Assembly: GCA_937965695.1 (NCBI GenBank)
Contig: CALCKW010000027.1
Span: 8,150-72,149 of the forward strand
Source of the DNA: an uncultured Granulosicoccaceae bacterium
GTDB taxonomy: Bacteria > Pseudomonadota > Gammaproteobacteria > CALCKW01
DNA: 64,000 nt
Reading direction: 5' to 3'
A program made the position numbers and the translations under genes. Below the pieces are notes generated by a model. That model was not told the origin of the DNA. It ran no database searches and was given only the letters and a program-made list of their open reading frames with translations. Below, piece by piece: positions 31,096 through 42,343 of the stretch (positions are counted from its first letter, which is position 1; every line of letters starts with the position of its first letter).

Positions 31096-32301
31096 ATGCA
31101 AATTGACTCAGATCGCAGCCTTCAACTACAAGCGCAGCTCACGTCATTCATGGATTCTTATGTGTATCCTGCAGAGCATGTTTACCATGCTTTCACCGAT
31201 GCAGCAGAGGATCGTTGGACTATTCCTCCAATCATGGAAGAGTTGAAAGACAAAGCTCGCCAAGCGGGATTGTGGAATCTGTGGCGCCCAAGCACGCTGG
31301 GAGGTCGGCTGACTAATCGCGAATACGCTCCTCTAGCTGAAATCATGGGACGTTCATTGATTGGACCAGAAGTGTTTAATTGCAACGCACCCGACACCGG
31401 CAACATGGAGGTTTTACTTAAGTACGGAACACCCGAGCAGCAAGCCGAATGGCTAGAGCCTTTATTCAACGGAGAAATCCGTTCCGCTTTTTGCATGACT
31501 GAGCCAGATGTCGCCTCTTCCGATGCCACGAACATTCAAAGCTCGATTGTGCGCGACGGTGACCATTATGTGATCAATGGTCGTAAATGGTGGAGCACGG
31601 GAGCCCCTGATCCCCGCTGCTCTATTTATATTTTCATGGGTAAAACCGACCCCTCTGCTGCACGCCATCAACAGCAATCGATGATTTTGATACCAGCGAA
31701 CACCGAAGGTGTAAAAATGGTTCGCCCCATGCGCGTTTTTGGAAGCGATGATGCGCCACATGGCCACGCTGAAATAACTTTTGAAAACGTAAGAGTGCCC
31801 GCCAGTAATTTACTACTCGGCGAGGGGCGCGGATTTGAAATAGCACAGGGTCGTCTGGGTCCTGGTCGCATACATCACTGCATGCGGCTTATCGGCTGTG
31901 CGCAGCGGGCCTTAGAAATGATGTGCCAACGCTCTGCCTCTCGCACAGCGTTTGGAAAACCCTTGTCCGAACAAGGTTCTGTACGAGAAGACATTGCCAA
32001 GTCCTGGTGCGAAATAAGCCAAGCTCGCCTCCTAACACTAGAGGCTGCTGCAGCTGTTGATGAGCTTGGTGCCAAAGGTGCACGGGGACTGATCGGTGGC
32101 ATAAAAATCGTCGCCCCAATGATGGCGCAAACTGTCATCGATCGAGCCATCCAGATCCACGGCGCCATGGGTGTCAGCCAAGACACCTTTTTGGCAGACG
32201 CGTGGGCATATGCACGCTCCATTCGATTAGCTGATGGACCCGATCAGGTGCACATGGCCTCATTAGGCAAACAATTAATCGGTCAATACGCCAACGACTA
32301 A
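31096..32301 (+). CDS. Acyl-CoA dehydrogenase (ACAD10/11-like)
   Basis: [55 protein letters not shown]. Confidence 0.93.
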   Translation: MQIDSDRSLQLQAQLTSFMDSYVYPAEHVYHAFTDAAEDRWTIPPIMEELKDKARQAGLWNLWRPSTLGGRLTNREYAPLAEIMGRSLIGPEVFNCNAPDTGNMEVLLKYGTPEQQAEWLEPLFNGEIRSAFCMTEPDVASSDATNIQSSIVRDGDHYVINGRKWWSTGAPDPRCSIYIFMGKTDPSAARHQQQSMILIPANTEGVKMVRPMRVFGSDDAPHGHAEITFENVRVPASNLLLGEGRGFEIAQGRLGPGRIHHCMRLIGCAQRALEMMCQRSASRTAFGKPLSEQGSVREDIAKSWCEISQARLLTLEAAAAVDELGAKGARGLIGGIKIVAPMMAQTVIDRAIQIHGAMGVSQDTFLADAWAYARSIRLADGPDQVHMASLGKQLIGQYAND

Positions 32302-32422
32302 TGTTTCTCGCAACAACCAGCTCGAAACCTTCGTGTGTGTCGAGACTGGTCGTTTGGTTTTGGTCAGATTCAAACCAAGCTTGTAAGACGACAAAAATAC
32401 CTTTCCATCGTACGGATACCCT

Positions 32423-33640
32423 ATGAATTCAGTCAGTGCTCCAAAGGACATTGTCCCGCTCAGTCAGATTTTACCTGAAGATCCACTATTAATGATGGGC
32501 GCTGGTCCGGTTCCTATACCGGCGGCGGTCGCGGCAGCAAACGCTATCGTCATCAATCACCTAGGCCCGACCATGAACCAGGTGATCGAACAAGTAAAGA
32601 CAATGAGTGCTTACGTTTTTCAATCGGACTCTCAACACATTCTCGGAGTTGCGGGGCCAGGCTCCGCTGCAATGGAAATGGCTATTGCCAATCTAGTGTT
32701 GCCGGGCAGTACAGTGTTGTCCATTTGCAATGGCTTTTTTAGCAACCGATTAGCGGAGATGGCCGGTAGGGTCGGCGCTGACGTTAGACGTCTCGAAGTC
32801 GCCGATGGCAGATGCGCAGACCCTGATGAAGTAAAAGCTGCTCTTCAGAAATTCAAACCGCAAGTGCTGACGTTGGTGCAAGGTGAAACCTCCAACACGG
32901 TGTACAACCGACATTTGCCCCAAATCGCGAAGCTCGCGAGAGAGTATGGCGCATTAGTCATTGTCGACGCCGTTTGCACCCTGAGCACCATGCCACTTGA
33001 CACAGAAGCATGGGGCGTAGATGCCGTTATTACAGGAGGCCAGAAGGGACTCGCGTCTATACCAGGCGTCTCTTTAATCGCCTTTTCTGAGAGGGCATGG
33101 ATACAAATTAAGACTCGCAATGACACACTGAAACATTGGTGTCTTGATGCCAAGTTGGCTGACCAATTTTGGTATCAAAAGGCTTATCACTACACTGCCC
33201 CCGTTTCAGGCATATTGGCTATTCACGAAGCGTTGAGATTAATCTGTGCTGAGACTTTAGAAAAACGTTTTGACAGGCACTTGCGCTGCTCGCGCTCTTT
33301 GCAAAATGGTATCGAGGCGATGGGCTTAAAGCTCTATGTAAAGCCAGAATCTCGATTGAACTCCGTAGTGGGTATCACCCTACCAGAGCACATTGAGGGA
33401 CCTGCCTTGCTGGAACTAATGTCTAGACGTCATCGGGTAGAAATCTCGGGCAGCTTTGGCCCACGCATCGTGCGCATTGGCCAAATGGGAGAACAAAGTC
33501 GAACACACAATCTCTTTAGAGCCTTGCACGCACTAGGCAGCAGTATGCAAAGCCTGGGTGCCGCCATTGACCTTCCTGGCGGTGTCGCAGCTATGGAAAG
33601 CTCATTACACGATCATGAGAGTTCTCGCAGAGTTGCATGA
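32423..33640 (+). CDS. Class V PLP aminotransferase (alanine-glyoxylate / serine-pyruvate type)
   Basis: MGAGPVP, GPGSAAME, QGETS, VDAV, GGQKGL (PLP lysine), RIGQMG. Confidence 0.9.
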   Translation: MNSVSAPKDIVPLSQILPEDPLLMMGAGPVPIPAAVAAANAIVINHLGPTMNQVIEQVKTMSAYVFQSDSQHILGVAGPGSAAMEMAIANLVLPGSTVLSICNGFFSNRLAEMAGRVGADVRRLEVADGRCADPDEVKAALQKFKPQVLTLVQGETSNTVYNRHLPQIAKLAREYGALVIVDAVCTLSTMPLDTEAWGVDAVITGGQKGLASIPGVSLIAFSERAWIQIKTRNDTLKHWCLDAKLADQFWYQKAYHYTAPVSGILAIHEALRLICAETLEKRFDRHLRCSRSLQNGIEAMGLKLYVKPESRLNSVVGITLPEHIEGPALLELMSRRHRVEISGSFGPRIVRIGQMGEQSRTHNLFRALHALGSSMQSLGAAIDLPGGVAAMESSLHDHESSRRVA

Positions 33641-33811
33641 GGCAAGCTCGGAAACCAGCGGCGATGATCAAACGAAGCAAACCTCAAGGTATCAATTTTA
33701 GAGACAGTCATATAGAACTGGCCGTGTAGACTCGATGCTCGGCGTGTGGCATCAATTCCGTCACGCGTATTGCAAAAACAAGTGTGTTCGGCTTGAGTAA
33801 ATAGCGGGCAT

Positions 33812-33840
33812 AAAAAAGGCGGCGCAACTATGCGCCGCCT
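33812..33840 (-). terminator. Intrinsic terminator of nhaD
   Basis: aaaaaaggcggcgca-acta-tgcgccgcct, nested in a longer agcgggcat/atgcccgct inverted pair. Confidence 0.82.
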
Positions 33841-33883
33841 GACAAACATGCCCGCTGATCCGCTGGCAAATTTTTAAAGACGA

Positions 33884-35374
33884 TTAATGGGCCACTTTGT
33901 TTATTGCCTGATCGAATAACTCTGCGTTTAGCTGCAAGTGCACCCAGATGCTAGCCATATAGCCCAATGCAATTGCCCAAGCCCATTTCAGATGACCAAA
34001 GAAAGTGTAATAACCTTTGGCTTGTCCCATCAGAGCCACACCTGCCGCCGAACCAATCGACAGCAAGCTACCACCCACACCAGCAGTCAATGTGACGAGC
34101 AACCACTGACCTAAGGACATATCAGGCTGCATGGTCAAAACTGCAAACATAACCGGGATGTTGTCGACCAAAGCTGAAATAACACCAACAGCAATGTTGG
34201 CATAAGTTGGATCCCAATTGACATAAAGTGTGTTGGACATTGCCGCAAGATAACCAATGAAGCCTAGGCCTCCCACCGACATAATAACGCCATAGAAAAA
34301 CAACAAGGTATCCCATTCCGCTCGCGAAACACGGTTGAATATATCGAAGGGACCAATGTTCTCAAGTGCCTGCAAACGCTGGGGATCGCTGGCAAACCGG
34401 CGACGTTTCTTTTCTAGCGACTTGGGCAAGGACATGCGCAAATAGTAGCCAAACAGTTTGAGCAGCCCTAAACCCGTCATCATGCCTAGCACTGGCGGAA
34501 CACCGAGATAGCTATGTCCGACAACAGCTATGGCGATAGTCACTAGGAATAGAACCACGATGCGACGAGCGCCACGCTTGAGCTCAATGAACTCAGATAT
34601 TGGTTCAGGGGCTCCAGTGCCTACAAAGAAGCTCATTATAATGGCGGGAACAATGTAGTTCACCACGGAAGGCAAGAACAGTGCGCCGAATTGACTGAAA
34701 GAAACTAAGCCTTTTTGCCAGACCATGAGCGTAGTGATGTCGCCGAAGGGGCTAAAAGCACCGCCAGCATTTGCAGCCACAACAATATTGACACAGGCGA
34801 TGGTGACGAACGCACGGTTGCCCGCACCTACAGCCATGACAACAGCACACATCAACAAAGCAGTTGTCAAATTATCGGCTATCGGCGAGATGAAGAAAGC
34901 CAGAACACCGGTAATCCAAAATAGCGTGCGGTAAGAAAATCCTTTTTTAACGAGCCAAACCCGCAGTGCATCGAACATGCGGCGCTCTTCTAACGCATTG
35001 ATGTACGTCATAGCTGCCAACAAGAAGAGCATAAGCTCGGCGTACTCCAGCAGATTGTGACGCAGCGCCGTTTCGACGACATGAGGCATATCGTTTGTCT
35101 GGTAATACCAACCGATAATCATCCAAATGATACCGGCCGACATGATGACTGGCTTCGACTTACGAAGGTGGATCTGCTCTTCACCGATGACCAGCGCATA
35201 GGCGATAACGAAAATAACCAGGCAGGTATAACCCACCCAGTGATCCGTCAGTACGACGGTTTCAGCCCCTCCAGTGCTTGCAGCAAAGCCGACACTCGGC
35301 AACAACAGCGATAACCCAGCCAAGAGCAAGGTTAAAACTCCTCCACGCCTGCGGCTATGTCCCATCAAAGACAT
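33884..35374 (-). CDS. nhaD: Na+/H+ antiporter NhaD family
   Basis: LRKSKP, SPIADNLTTAL, AANAGGAFSPFGDITT, VDNIPV, GSAAGVALMG. Confidence 0.93.
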   Translation of the reverse strand: MSLMGHSRRRGGVLTLLLAGLSLLLPSVGFAASTGGAETVVLTDHWVGYTCLVIFVIAYALVIGEEQIHLRKSKPVIMSAGIIWMIIGWYYQTNDMPHVVETALRHNLLEYAELMLFLLAAMTYINALEERRMFDALRVWLVKKGFSYRTLFWITGVLAFFISPIADNLTTALLMCAVVMAVGAGNRAFVTIACVNIVVAANAGGAFSPFGDITTLMVWQKGLVSFSQFGALFLPSVVNYIVPAIIMSFFVGTGAPEPISEFIELKRGARRIVVLFLVTIAIAVVGHSYLGVPPVLGMMTGLGLLKLFGYYLRMSLPKSLEKKRRRFASDPQRLQALENIGPFDIFNRVSRAEWDTLLFFYGVIMSVGGLGFIGYLAAMSNTLYVNWDPTYANIAVGVISALVDNIPVMFAVLTMQPDMSLGQWLLVTLTAGVGGSLLSIGSAAGVALMGQAKGYYTFFGHLKWAWAIALGYMASIWVHLQLNAELFDQAINKVAH

Positions 35375-35520
35375 AAGTTAATACCTCAATATAAATATTA
35401 GAAAACAAATGCGCCGATTATACACCTGAGACAGCACCGCGCGCGGTCGTAACATATTGCAACTTAAGCAAAAAAACGCACTATCCCTATATCGTACAAC
35501 CCGCAAAAAGCTTCAACGGG

Positions 35521-36084
35521 CTACTGCAGCATTTGAGAACGACACCGTTCGAGTATGGCCAAAAAATAGGCGCTCCCTTGTTCGCGAGCTAACGCTTGGT
35601 TGCGCTCAGGAATGTCATCCACGGCTGGGTAGTTCGCGATGGCTTTCGCTACATCGTCTTGGCGAAGCAGATGGATCACTGGCAGCGGAGATCGATTGGT
35701 AAAATTCGCCGCGTCCTCAGGCTCCGCACCTTCAAAGCAATAGTCCGGATGAAAACTTGCCAGTTGCAGGGCTTCAGACCAATGACAGTCTTCCAATAGC
35801 GCTTCACACAACTCAAGCAGATCGAGATAGTCGTCAAAATCATCAAACCCAGTGCCGAACACCACCAGGGTCGTGGCGCTGACATCACCGTTTATCAGAG
35901 AAATCGCCTGATCGGCAAAAAACGCCAAAGCTTGCTCTGTCCCTATCGACGGCGCTGAGCAAATACGTACTCTTCCGGCATCTAGCTCACGTTTTGCAAA
36001 CGGACAAATATTCAGATCTACCACCACAGCATCTATCCATGCACGGATCTGAGCTTCAGCATCTATCGCCGATCGAGCGGGCAT
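35521..36084 (-). CDS. DUF1415 family protein
   Basis: VVDLNICPFAK, QLASFHPDY, NFTNRSPLP.IHLLR, IPERN. Confidence 0.88.
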   Translation of the reverse strand: MPARSAIDAEAQIRAWIDAVVVDLNICPFAKRELDAGRVRICSAPSIGTEQALAFFADQAISLINGDVSATTLVVFGTGFDDFDDYLDLLELCEALLEDCHWSEALQLASFHPDYCFEGAEPEDAANFTNRSPLPVIHLLRQDDVAKAIANYPAVDDIPERNQALAREQGSAYFLAILERCRSQMLQ

Positions 36085-36248
36085 AGTGATTCCTTAGGTA
36101 CAAACGGTGGATGAACAAATGGCGGAACAATTTATCTGATGATTAGCCTAACTTCTTCTTGTGCAAGCAAAGCGGTAGAATTGCCACAACGAGACCAACA
36201 AGGGCAGTGTAAACACTTAGCCGCCATTTACTGAAAGAACTAAAAACC

Positions 36249-36731
36249 ATGAGTGATCAGGATGAACAACGCCGCACCATCAAATTGGAAGACTTCATAC
36301 CCTACCAATTGTCAGTGACGGCAGGGACCCTTAGCGGTGCAATTTCCGATTTATTCGAGCGCAAATATCGTATTCAAATTCCAGAGTGGCGAATTTTGAT
36401 GACACTGGCCGAGAACGGTCCGCTGTCTGCCTTTGAAGTGGCAGAAAAATCCTCAATGGACAGAGCCCGCGTCAGTCGCGCGCAGCGCAGAATGACCGAC
36501 CTCGGTCTGATAGTCATCAACACTGATGAGATGGATCGGCGTCGGACCATTCTAGAATTAACACCAGCAGGCTGGGAAATTGTAGATACTATCGTCCCTG
36601 ATGCGGACAGAACGGGAAAGTGGCTTCTCGCTCCGCTCGATGAAGAGGAGCAGGCCCAGCTTAAAAACCTGCTAAAAAAATTGCACATCCGCACCTCCGA
36701 GCTGCAAAAGAATGGCGGATTCAGTGACTGA
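36249..36731 (+). CDS. MarR family transcriptional regulator
   Basis: FIPYQL, EWRILMTL, MDRARVSRA, DRRR..LELTPAG. Confidence 0.92.
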   Translation: MSDQDEQRRTIKLEDFIPYQLSVTAGTLSGAISDLFERKYRIQIPEWRILMTLAENGPLSAFEVAEKSSMDRARVSRAQRRMTDLGLIVINTDEMDRRRTILELTPAGWEIVDTIVPDADRTGKWLLAPLDEEEQAQLKNLLKKLHIRTSELQKNGGFSD

Positions 36732-36773
36732 TGCCCAAGAGTTTTTTTTCCTATAGCCAATAAAAAGTTGCCA

Positions 36774-37826
36774 TCAGTGGGCCACTGATGAACCTTGCAG
36801 TTCTTTTTCCACCACACTCTCGCGCTGTTGCTTAATGGTCGCTGCCACCGTAACGCCAACCACCACAACAAATCCCCAGAATGCTAAGGGCTCAAAAGCC
36901 GTATGAAAGCTCACCCAATAACCTAAGGAACACATCGCCAGTTGCAGGGCACATAATCGAACTAACACTTGGTTAACGGAAAAGCCGCATTCTAGGAGAT
37001 AGTGATGAAGGTGGCCTTTGTCTGCGCCAAACAACGGTCGCCTCAAGATTGCTCTTTTTATAATCACTGATGTCGCATCCAAAAGAGGCACACCGAGGAA
37101 CCAAGCGGCAGATACAGGGCTGAAGCTTGCGGCTTCGCCCTGAGAACCTTGGATAAGCATATAAGCGACCCACAGCCCGAGTACGGTCGAACCCGCATCG
37201 CCCATAAACACCAATGCTCGGTCTCGCGTGAGGCGCAGATTGTAGAGTAAGAAGCCGGCTACAGCGGCCATCACAAAATGCATCATCGCTACTTCTGCGG
37301 AGCTGGCCATCAAAGAGGAAATGAAAGCCAATGTGATAAAAATAAGGGATCCGCTCAGGCCATCAATGCCATCGATCATGTTTATTGCGTTGATGACACC
37401 AATAATACAAAAAACGGTAAAAGGCAGACTGAGTTCACCCAAATTAGAGTGCGTTCCAGGCCAAATGCTGCCAACTGTTGTCAGCTCAGTTCCAGTGCTT
37501 AAAAAGAGTATCAATGCCACCATGATCTGCGTGAGCAAACGATAGGCAACTCTGATATTGAGCTTGTCGTCTAACATGCCGCAGAACATAAGCAGATAGC
37601 TACAAACGCCCAGCCAAAACAATTCCCACGCATAACCAAAGGCAATCATGCCAGCGCTAACACCTAAAACAATCGCGATACCGCCAACCACAGGCACTGC
37701 GCCTTTATGGACTTTACGCGCATTGGGCACATCCACGAGGCCTAATTCTTCGGCTTTCAACATCAGCGGGTAAACCACTGCAGCTGACACCACAAACACA
37801 GCTAGGGCTTGAAAAAATTCTGTCAC
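36774..37826 (-). CDS. Glycosyltransferase family 4 (WecA/MraY-like undecaprenyl-phosphate GlcNAc-1-P transferase)
   Basis: LVDVPNARKVH, GMLDD, NAINMIDGIDG, FMGDAGS, HLHH. Confidence 0.9.
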   Translation of the reverse strand: MTEFFQALAVFVVSAAVVYPLMLKAEELGLVDVPNARKVHKGAVPVVGGIAIVLGVSAGMIAFGYAWELFWLGVCSYLLMFCGMLDDKLNIRVAYRLLTQIMVALILFLSTGTELTTVGSIWPGTHSNLGELSLPFTVFCIIGVINAINMIDGIDGLSGSLIFITLAFISSLMASSAEVAMMHFVMAAVAGFLLYNLRLTRDRALVFMGDAGSTVLGLWVAYMLIQGSQGEAASFSPVSAAWFLGVPLLDATSVIIKRAILRRPLFGADKGHLHHYLLECGFSVNQVLVRLCALQLAMCSLGYWVSFHTAFEPLAFWGFVVVVGVTVAATIKQQRESVVEKELQGSSVAH

Positions 37827-38118
37827 GACTTTGGTGTTTTCTTCTTAAAAGTTGAGGTGAAACACTTTTGCAGATCGGCGTGCGGAACGAAGCCCCACTG
37901 GTGCCGATAAGTATTATGTGCCTATCGCACTTATTTTAGTTCAACAATCTCACCTTGCACGTCTAAGCGAGATCTATTTAGGTCAGGCCTGTATACCGTG
38001 CTAGTAGCTAAATCCTTACAGCTGAGGCAATCCCATCAATAACAACGCGAATTGGCTCCCTTACTGAGAGTTCTCTATTAAACTCTAACCAATACTGCAC
38101 CCCCTCAGAGAAACAAAC

Positions 38119-39471
38119 ATGCCCACACTGTTGGTCAAAAATGCACAACTCCTACTCACGATGGACGACAAGGGAACACGCTTGGTAAACGGCGGCCTTT
38201 TCGCCATCGACGGTGTGATAAAACAAGTAGGACCAACCGGGGATTTGCCAGAAACTGCAGATAAAATTCTCAACCTAGAAAATCATGTGTTAATGCCTGG
38301 TATGGTCAACACCCACCATCACTTGTTTCAAAATCTGACTCGCGTCGTGCCCGAGGCGCAAGACGCTCCTCTGTTTGGTTGGCTGCAAACGCTCTACCCC
38401 ATCTGGGCTAGGTTGACCCCAGAAGCTATCAAGGTATCTACCCAACTAGGTTTGGTCGAGTTGCTGCTTAGTGGTTGTACTACCAGCAGCGACCATCACT
38501 ATATTTTTCCAGGTGAGTGCACCCTTGATCATCAGATCGAGGCAGCCGCCAGTATCGGCAGCCGATTCCACGCCATGCGTGGCAGCATGAGCATTGGAGA
38601 AAGCGATGGAGGATTGCCGCCAGACAGCCTAGTCGAGAAAGAAAGGCACATTCTTAAGGATTCTCAGCGCCTGATTGAGCAATACCACGACGCTGAGGAC
38701 TACGCACTTTGCCGAGTCGGCTTAGCCCCCTGCTCCCCCTTTTCGGTCTCTACCGATCTAATGCGCGAGTCAGCGGTGCTAGCACGAGATTATGGTGTCA
38801 GGTTGCACACCCATCTGGCCGAGAACGTCGAGGATATCGCCTACAGTGAATCAGTCTATGGTATGCGGCCAGGTGACTACGCTGAAAGCTGTGGTTGGAC
38901 AGGTAAAGACGTTTGGCATGCGCACTGTGTTCAATTGAATGATGAAGAAAGTGCAGCTTTCGCGGCTTCGGGAACTGGGATCGCTCACTGCCCTTGCTCC
39001 AATATGCGGTTAGGATCGGGTATTGCACCCGTTGCACGCTGGCTTGAACAAGGTGTTGCGGTTGGACTTGGTGTCGATGGATCTGCATCCAACGATGCAG
39101 CTGACATGATCGACGAGGCGAGGCACGCCCTTCTTTTGCAGCGAGTGCAATCCGGGCCGTCGGCAATAACAGCCGAACAAACGCTACGCATGGCGACACG
39201 CGGTGGCGCCGAAGTGTTAGGTCGCAATGACATCGGCAGTCTTGAGCCAGGAAAGGCCGCAGACTTCGTCGCGTGGCGAACAGATACACTAGCTTTTGCT
39301 GGAGCTCACTCAGATCTGGCGGCGGCCTTAGTGTTTTGTAAACCGGGTAAAGTTGACCTGGCGGTTGTTCAAGGTAAGGCTCTCGTAGAAGAGGGACAAG
39401 TGACCATGCTAGATCTTCCAACCTTACTGACTCGCCACAGTCAGCTCTCACGGCAGCTGATCAACGGCTGA
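38119..39471 (+). CDS. 8-oxoguanine deaminase (amidohydrolase superfamily)
   Basis: NTHHHLFQNLTR, APCSPFSV, HTHLAE, WHAHCV, HCPCSNMRL, GVDGSASND. Confidence 0.88.
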   Translation: MPTLLVKNAQLLLTMDDKGTRLVNGGLFAIDGVIKQVGPTGDLPETADKILNLENHVLMPGMVNTHHHLFQNLTRVVPEAQDAPLFGWLQTLYPIWARLTPEAIKVSTQLGLVELLLSGCTTSSDHHYIFPGECTLDHQIEAAASIGSRFHAMRGSMSIGESDGGLPPDSLVEKERHILKDSQRLIEQYHDAEDYALCRVGLAPCSPFSVSTDLMRESAVLARDYGVRLHTHLAENVEDIAYSESVYGMRPGDYAESCGWTGKDVWHAHCVQLNDEESAAFAASGTGIAHCPCSNMRLGSGIAPVARWLEQGVAVGLGVDGSASNDAADMIDEARHALLLQRVQSGPSAITAEQTLRMATRGGAEVLGRNDIGSLEPGKAADFVAWRTDTLAFAGAHSDLAAALVFCKPGKVDLAVVQGKALVEEGQVTMLDLPTLLTRHSQLSRQLING

Positions 39472-39709
39472 CGCCAGCGTGTACGCTCCAACGCTAAGCG
39501 GTATCTCCTCATGCCGCATTTTAGGTTCACAAATTACCCATCTATCCCTTGAAGCGACCTCATAAGTGGTTGTTTTGAGTAGGCTGCGCGCGCCAAAGAA
39601 ATTGACTCCCCCAAAACTGGGGCTGTTTTTGAGTACTGCTCTCGCACAGTTCAAATAATCTCAACCTTGGTCGCTAACCATGCTGAGAAGACTTCTGTCA
39701 GGGTTTGCT

Positions 39710-40288
39710 ATGCGCACTAAACAAGGCGGCTTCACATTGTTGGAGCTGGTAATCACATTGATCATTCTGGGCATGTTGCTAGCCATGGGATTGCCTGCCA
39801 TGTCGCGCATGATTCAGAGCAGTAATGTGCGCACACTAACCAATGAGCTGGTTCGAGATTTAAATCTCGCGCGAAGCCACGCCAGCGACCTGAACAGTCC
39901 TATCACCCTGTGTAAAACCAATACAGCTGGGGACGGCTGTCAAGGTGCTGGCACTGGCACAAACTGGCATCAAAACGGCTGGCGCATTCTCGCAGACGAT
40001 AACAACGACCGAGTACCTAATGTCGCGGGTGTTTATATCAGAATAACGGGGCCCAGTTCGGCCGCTGAAGTGGAACAAGTCGGTATCACTGGGCGTCAGT
40101 TCGATGGCGGCATTAGTTTTTTCCCAGATGGAACAGTCAGAGACAATCTCGATAATACAACGCAAGGGATTTTCAACATCTGCCCAAACACCACGGGCAG
40201 CGGTGTTACAGCAGTCAGCGGCAGAACCGTTACCATCGACGAACGCGGCAATATCCGTACAACCATAGGGGCCTCATCAGGGTGTTAG
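39710..40288 (+). CDS. fimT: Type IV minor pilin FimT/FimU (GspH-like)
   Basis: Prepilin site GG-FTLLE and LARSHA motif. First gene of the minor pilin operon. ORF could start at 39680. Confidence 0.85.
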   Translation: MRTKQGGFTLLELVITLIILGMLLAMGLPAMSRMIQSSNVRTLTNELVRDLNLARSHASDLNSPITLCKTNTAGDGCQGAGTGTNWHQNGWRILADDNNDRVPNVAGVYIRITGPSSAAEVEQVGITGRQFDGGISFFPDGTVRDNLDNTTQGIFNICPNTTGSGVTAVSGRTVTIDERGNIRTTIGASSGC

Positions 40289-40290
40289 CC

Positions 40291-40743
40291 ATGAGACAAA
40301 ATAAACAAAGCGGCGTTACTTTGATCGAAGTACTGGTGACACTAGTCATTCTGGCCATTGCATTAACAGGTATCGCTGCTGTTCAAGCGACATCCATGCA
40401 ATCTGCTTCTCAAGTCAGTTATCGCAGTGCAGCCATGTCATCAGCGCAGTCGATTCTAGACTCCATGCGTGCACGACGTGGAAGCGACCCATCGCAGTCG
40501 TTGGCTAATTTACAAGCCTACATCGGTGATCAGGATTCCACACCGGCCACAACAACGCTTCTAGGGCAAGACTACCAGGCCTTTAAACGCGAGTTGGGTT
40601 CTGGACTGCGCAACCGCGACCCTGAATTTGAGATTCAAGTGACTAGCGGCAGGCTTGTCACCGTGATTATTGGTTGGACCCAGCGCAATGACTCTGAAGA
40701 AGGTACCACCGCAAAAACTTATACCGTTACCGCCTATCTCTAG
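40291..40743 (+). CDS. pilV: Type IV minor pilin PilV
   Basis: SG-VTLIEVLVTLVILAIAL, A..ILDSMRA, VIIGW. Confidence 0.88.
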   Translation: MRQNKQSGVTLIEVLVTLVILAIALTGIAAVQATSMQSASQVSYRSAAMSSAQSILDSMRARRGSDPSQSLANLQAYIGDQDSTPATTTLLGQDYQAFKRELGSGLRNRDPEFEIQVTSGRLVTVIIGWTQRNDSEEGTTAKTYTVTAYL

Positions 40744-40744
40744 G

Positions 40745-41791
40745 ATGATCGTGATGAAGAAGAAACAACAATGCGGCTTTACCTTACTAGAATTAATGAT
40801 CGCGTTAAGTGTCGGCGTGCTGTTAATAGGCGGCACCGTTACTATGATGGCCAACTCAGGCGATGCGTTAAAGCGCAACGAAATCAACTCAGACATGGTT
40901 TCGGCAATCCGCTTAGCCTCTAACACCATTCGCCACGACGTGCAGTCCGCGGGATATTTCGGCCGCACACGTTACCCTGGTGATATTACTGGCCGCACCA
41001 ATGACGCAGACCCGTTACCAAACCTGACAGGTGATTGCGCAGCCGGTTTCTATACCGACATTCAACGTTATATCTATGCCAGCAACGGCACCAATCCATT
41101 CTCAGCGACTTGCATCCCAGCAAGCTACCACTACGTAGCCGGCACAGATGTGTTGGTCGTTAGGTACGCGCGAGAAAACGGCATCACCGGCGCAACAGCT
41201 CTTTCATCACTAAACGATAATGCCCTCTATGTGTACGGCAATCCAACCGGTGGAGAGCTTTTCCGTGGCAACACCCCTCCGTCTACCAGTAGTACGCCCT
41301 ACTCAGGAAACTTCGACAGCAACATCAGGAAACGCGCTTACGAGATAGTGACTCACGTGTATTTTGTGGGTAGAGAATCAGCGACAGGGCCGAGCTCGCT
41401 TTATCGGCTCGAGCCTAGCATGGCTAGCGGAGCACCCTTTGTTCGTCAACTTATTTCATCTGACATTGAAGACCTGCAAGTCGTTTTTGGTGTAGACAAT
41501 TGCAACCCGGATAACATCATTGGCGCCAATGTATGCGACGGCACTGTAGACATGTACGTGGACCCCGATAACGCGACTTTTCAAATGGCGAGCGATCAGC
41601 CTATCTATTCGTCAGTTCCTCGCATCTTATCAACCGCCGTATCTTTCACGGCACTTAGTGATCGAATTGAAGGCAGTGGCAGCATGGGCAACAAAGATCA
41701 CTGGTTAAAAGGTCTTTCCATGAGTTCGTCAACCGCATCGATTTTTCAAGCAGAGACGTTCCATGTCCGGAACAGCGAGGAGATACTCTAA
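40745..41791 (+). CDS. pilW: Type IV minor pilin PilW
   Basis: CG-FTLLELMIAL, IRHDVQSAGY, IEDLQVVFGVD. Start 40745 or 40754 rather than 40670. Confidence 0.88.
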   Translation: MIVMKKKQQCGFTLLELMIALSVGVLLIGGTVTMMANSGDALKRNEINSDMVSAIRLASNTIRHDVQSAGYFGRTRYPGDITGRTNDADPLPNLTGDCAAGFYTDIQRYIYASNGTNPFSATCIPASYHYVAGTDVLVVRYARENGITGATALSSLNDNALYVYGNPTGGELFRGNTPPSTSSTPYSGNFDSNIRKRAYEIVTHVYFVGRESATGPSSLYRLEPSMASGAPFVRQLISSDIEDLQVVFGVDNCNPDNIIGANVCDGTVDMYVDPDNATFQMASDQPIYSSVPRILSTAVSFTALSDRIEGSGSMGNKDHWLKGLSMSSSTASIFQAETFHVRNSEEIL

Positions 41792-42297
41792 TGCAACACT
41801 CTAAATCAGGATTGAAAAAGCAAAAGGGTATAACACTTGTTGTTGCGTTGATTATGTTAACTGTACTAACAGCGATGACAATGACCGTTGCAAACATGTC
41901 GACGGTCGATTTAAAAATTGCCGGCAACCAGCAAGCGGCCCAACAAGCACGCAACGCTGCAGAAAGTGGCATTGACTTCCTGCTTAACGATGCCGTTCAA
42001 CTGGATGCTGCTGCACCATTTTCATATATAAACAACGCAGAAGAAACCTTGCCTGCGGCTGGGCCTATCGTCGTCACGGGCACTGGCTGGTCGGCGAGCG
42101 TGGTTGTAAAACGCATGGGCGATCCCCTGCCTTGCCCAACAGCATCGCTGCCGGTCAACGTGAACAACATTGACAGCACGTCTATTGCCAAGTGCGTCTA
42201 CTTCGAAGTGACGTCCACGGGCACTGCGGCCAGAAACTCTGTCAGCGAAATTAGACGGGGATTTTACCGAAAAGTCGGCGGTTTCGTAGCGGGTTAG
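41791..42297 (+). CDS. pilX: Type IV minor pilin PilX
   Basis: QKG-ITLVVALIML (lacks Glu5, typical of PilX), AAESG, YFEVTSTG. Confidence 0.88.
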   Translation: MQHSKSGLKKQKGITLVVALIMLTVLTAMTMTVANMSTVDLKIAGNQQAAQQARNAAESGIDFLLNDAVQLDAAAPFSYINNAEETLPAAGPIVVTGTGWSASVVVKRMGDPLPCPTASLPVNVNNIDSTSIAKCVYFEVTSTGTAARNSVSEIRRGFYRKVGGFVAG

Positions 42298-42343
42298 ACC
42301 CTGTAGTTTCTCTCAGATTTGAAGTTAATAAGCGAAAAAGAAT

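Noticed and set aside
39560-39640. Loose direct repeat tgttttgagtag / tgtttttgagtac upstream of fimT
   Set aside because: Only two imperfect short copies with no known operator match; could be chance.
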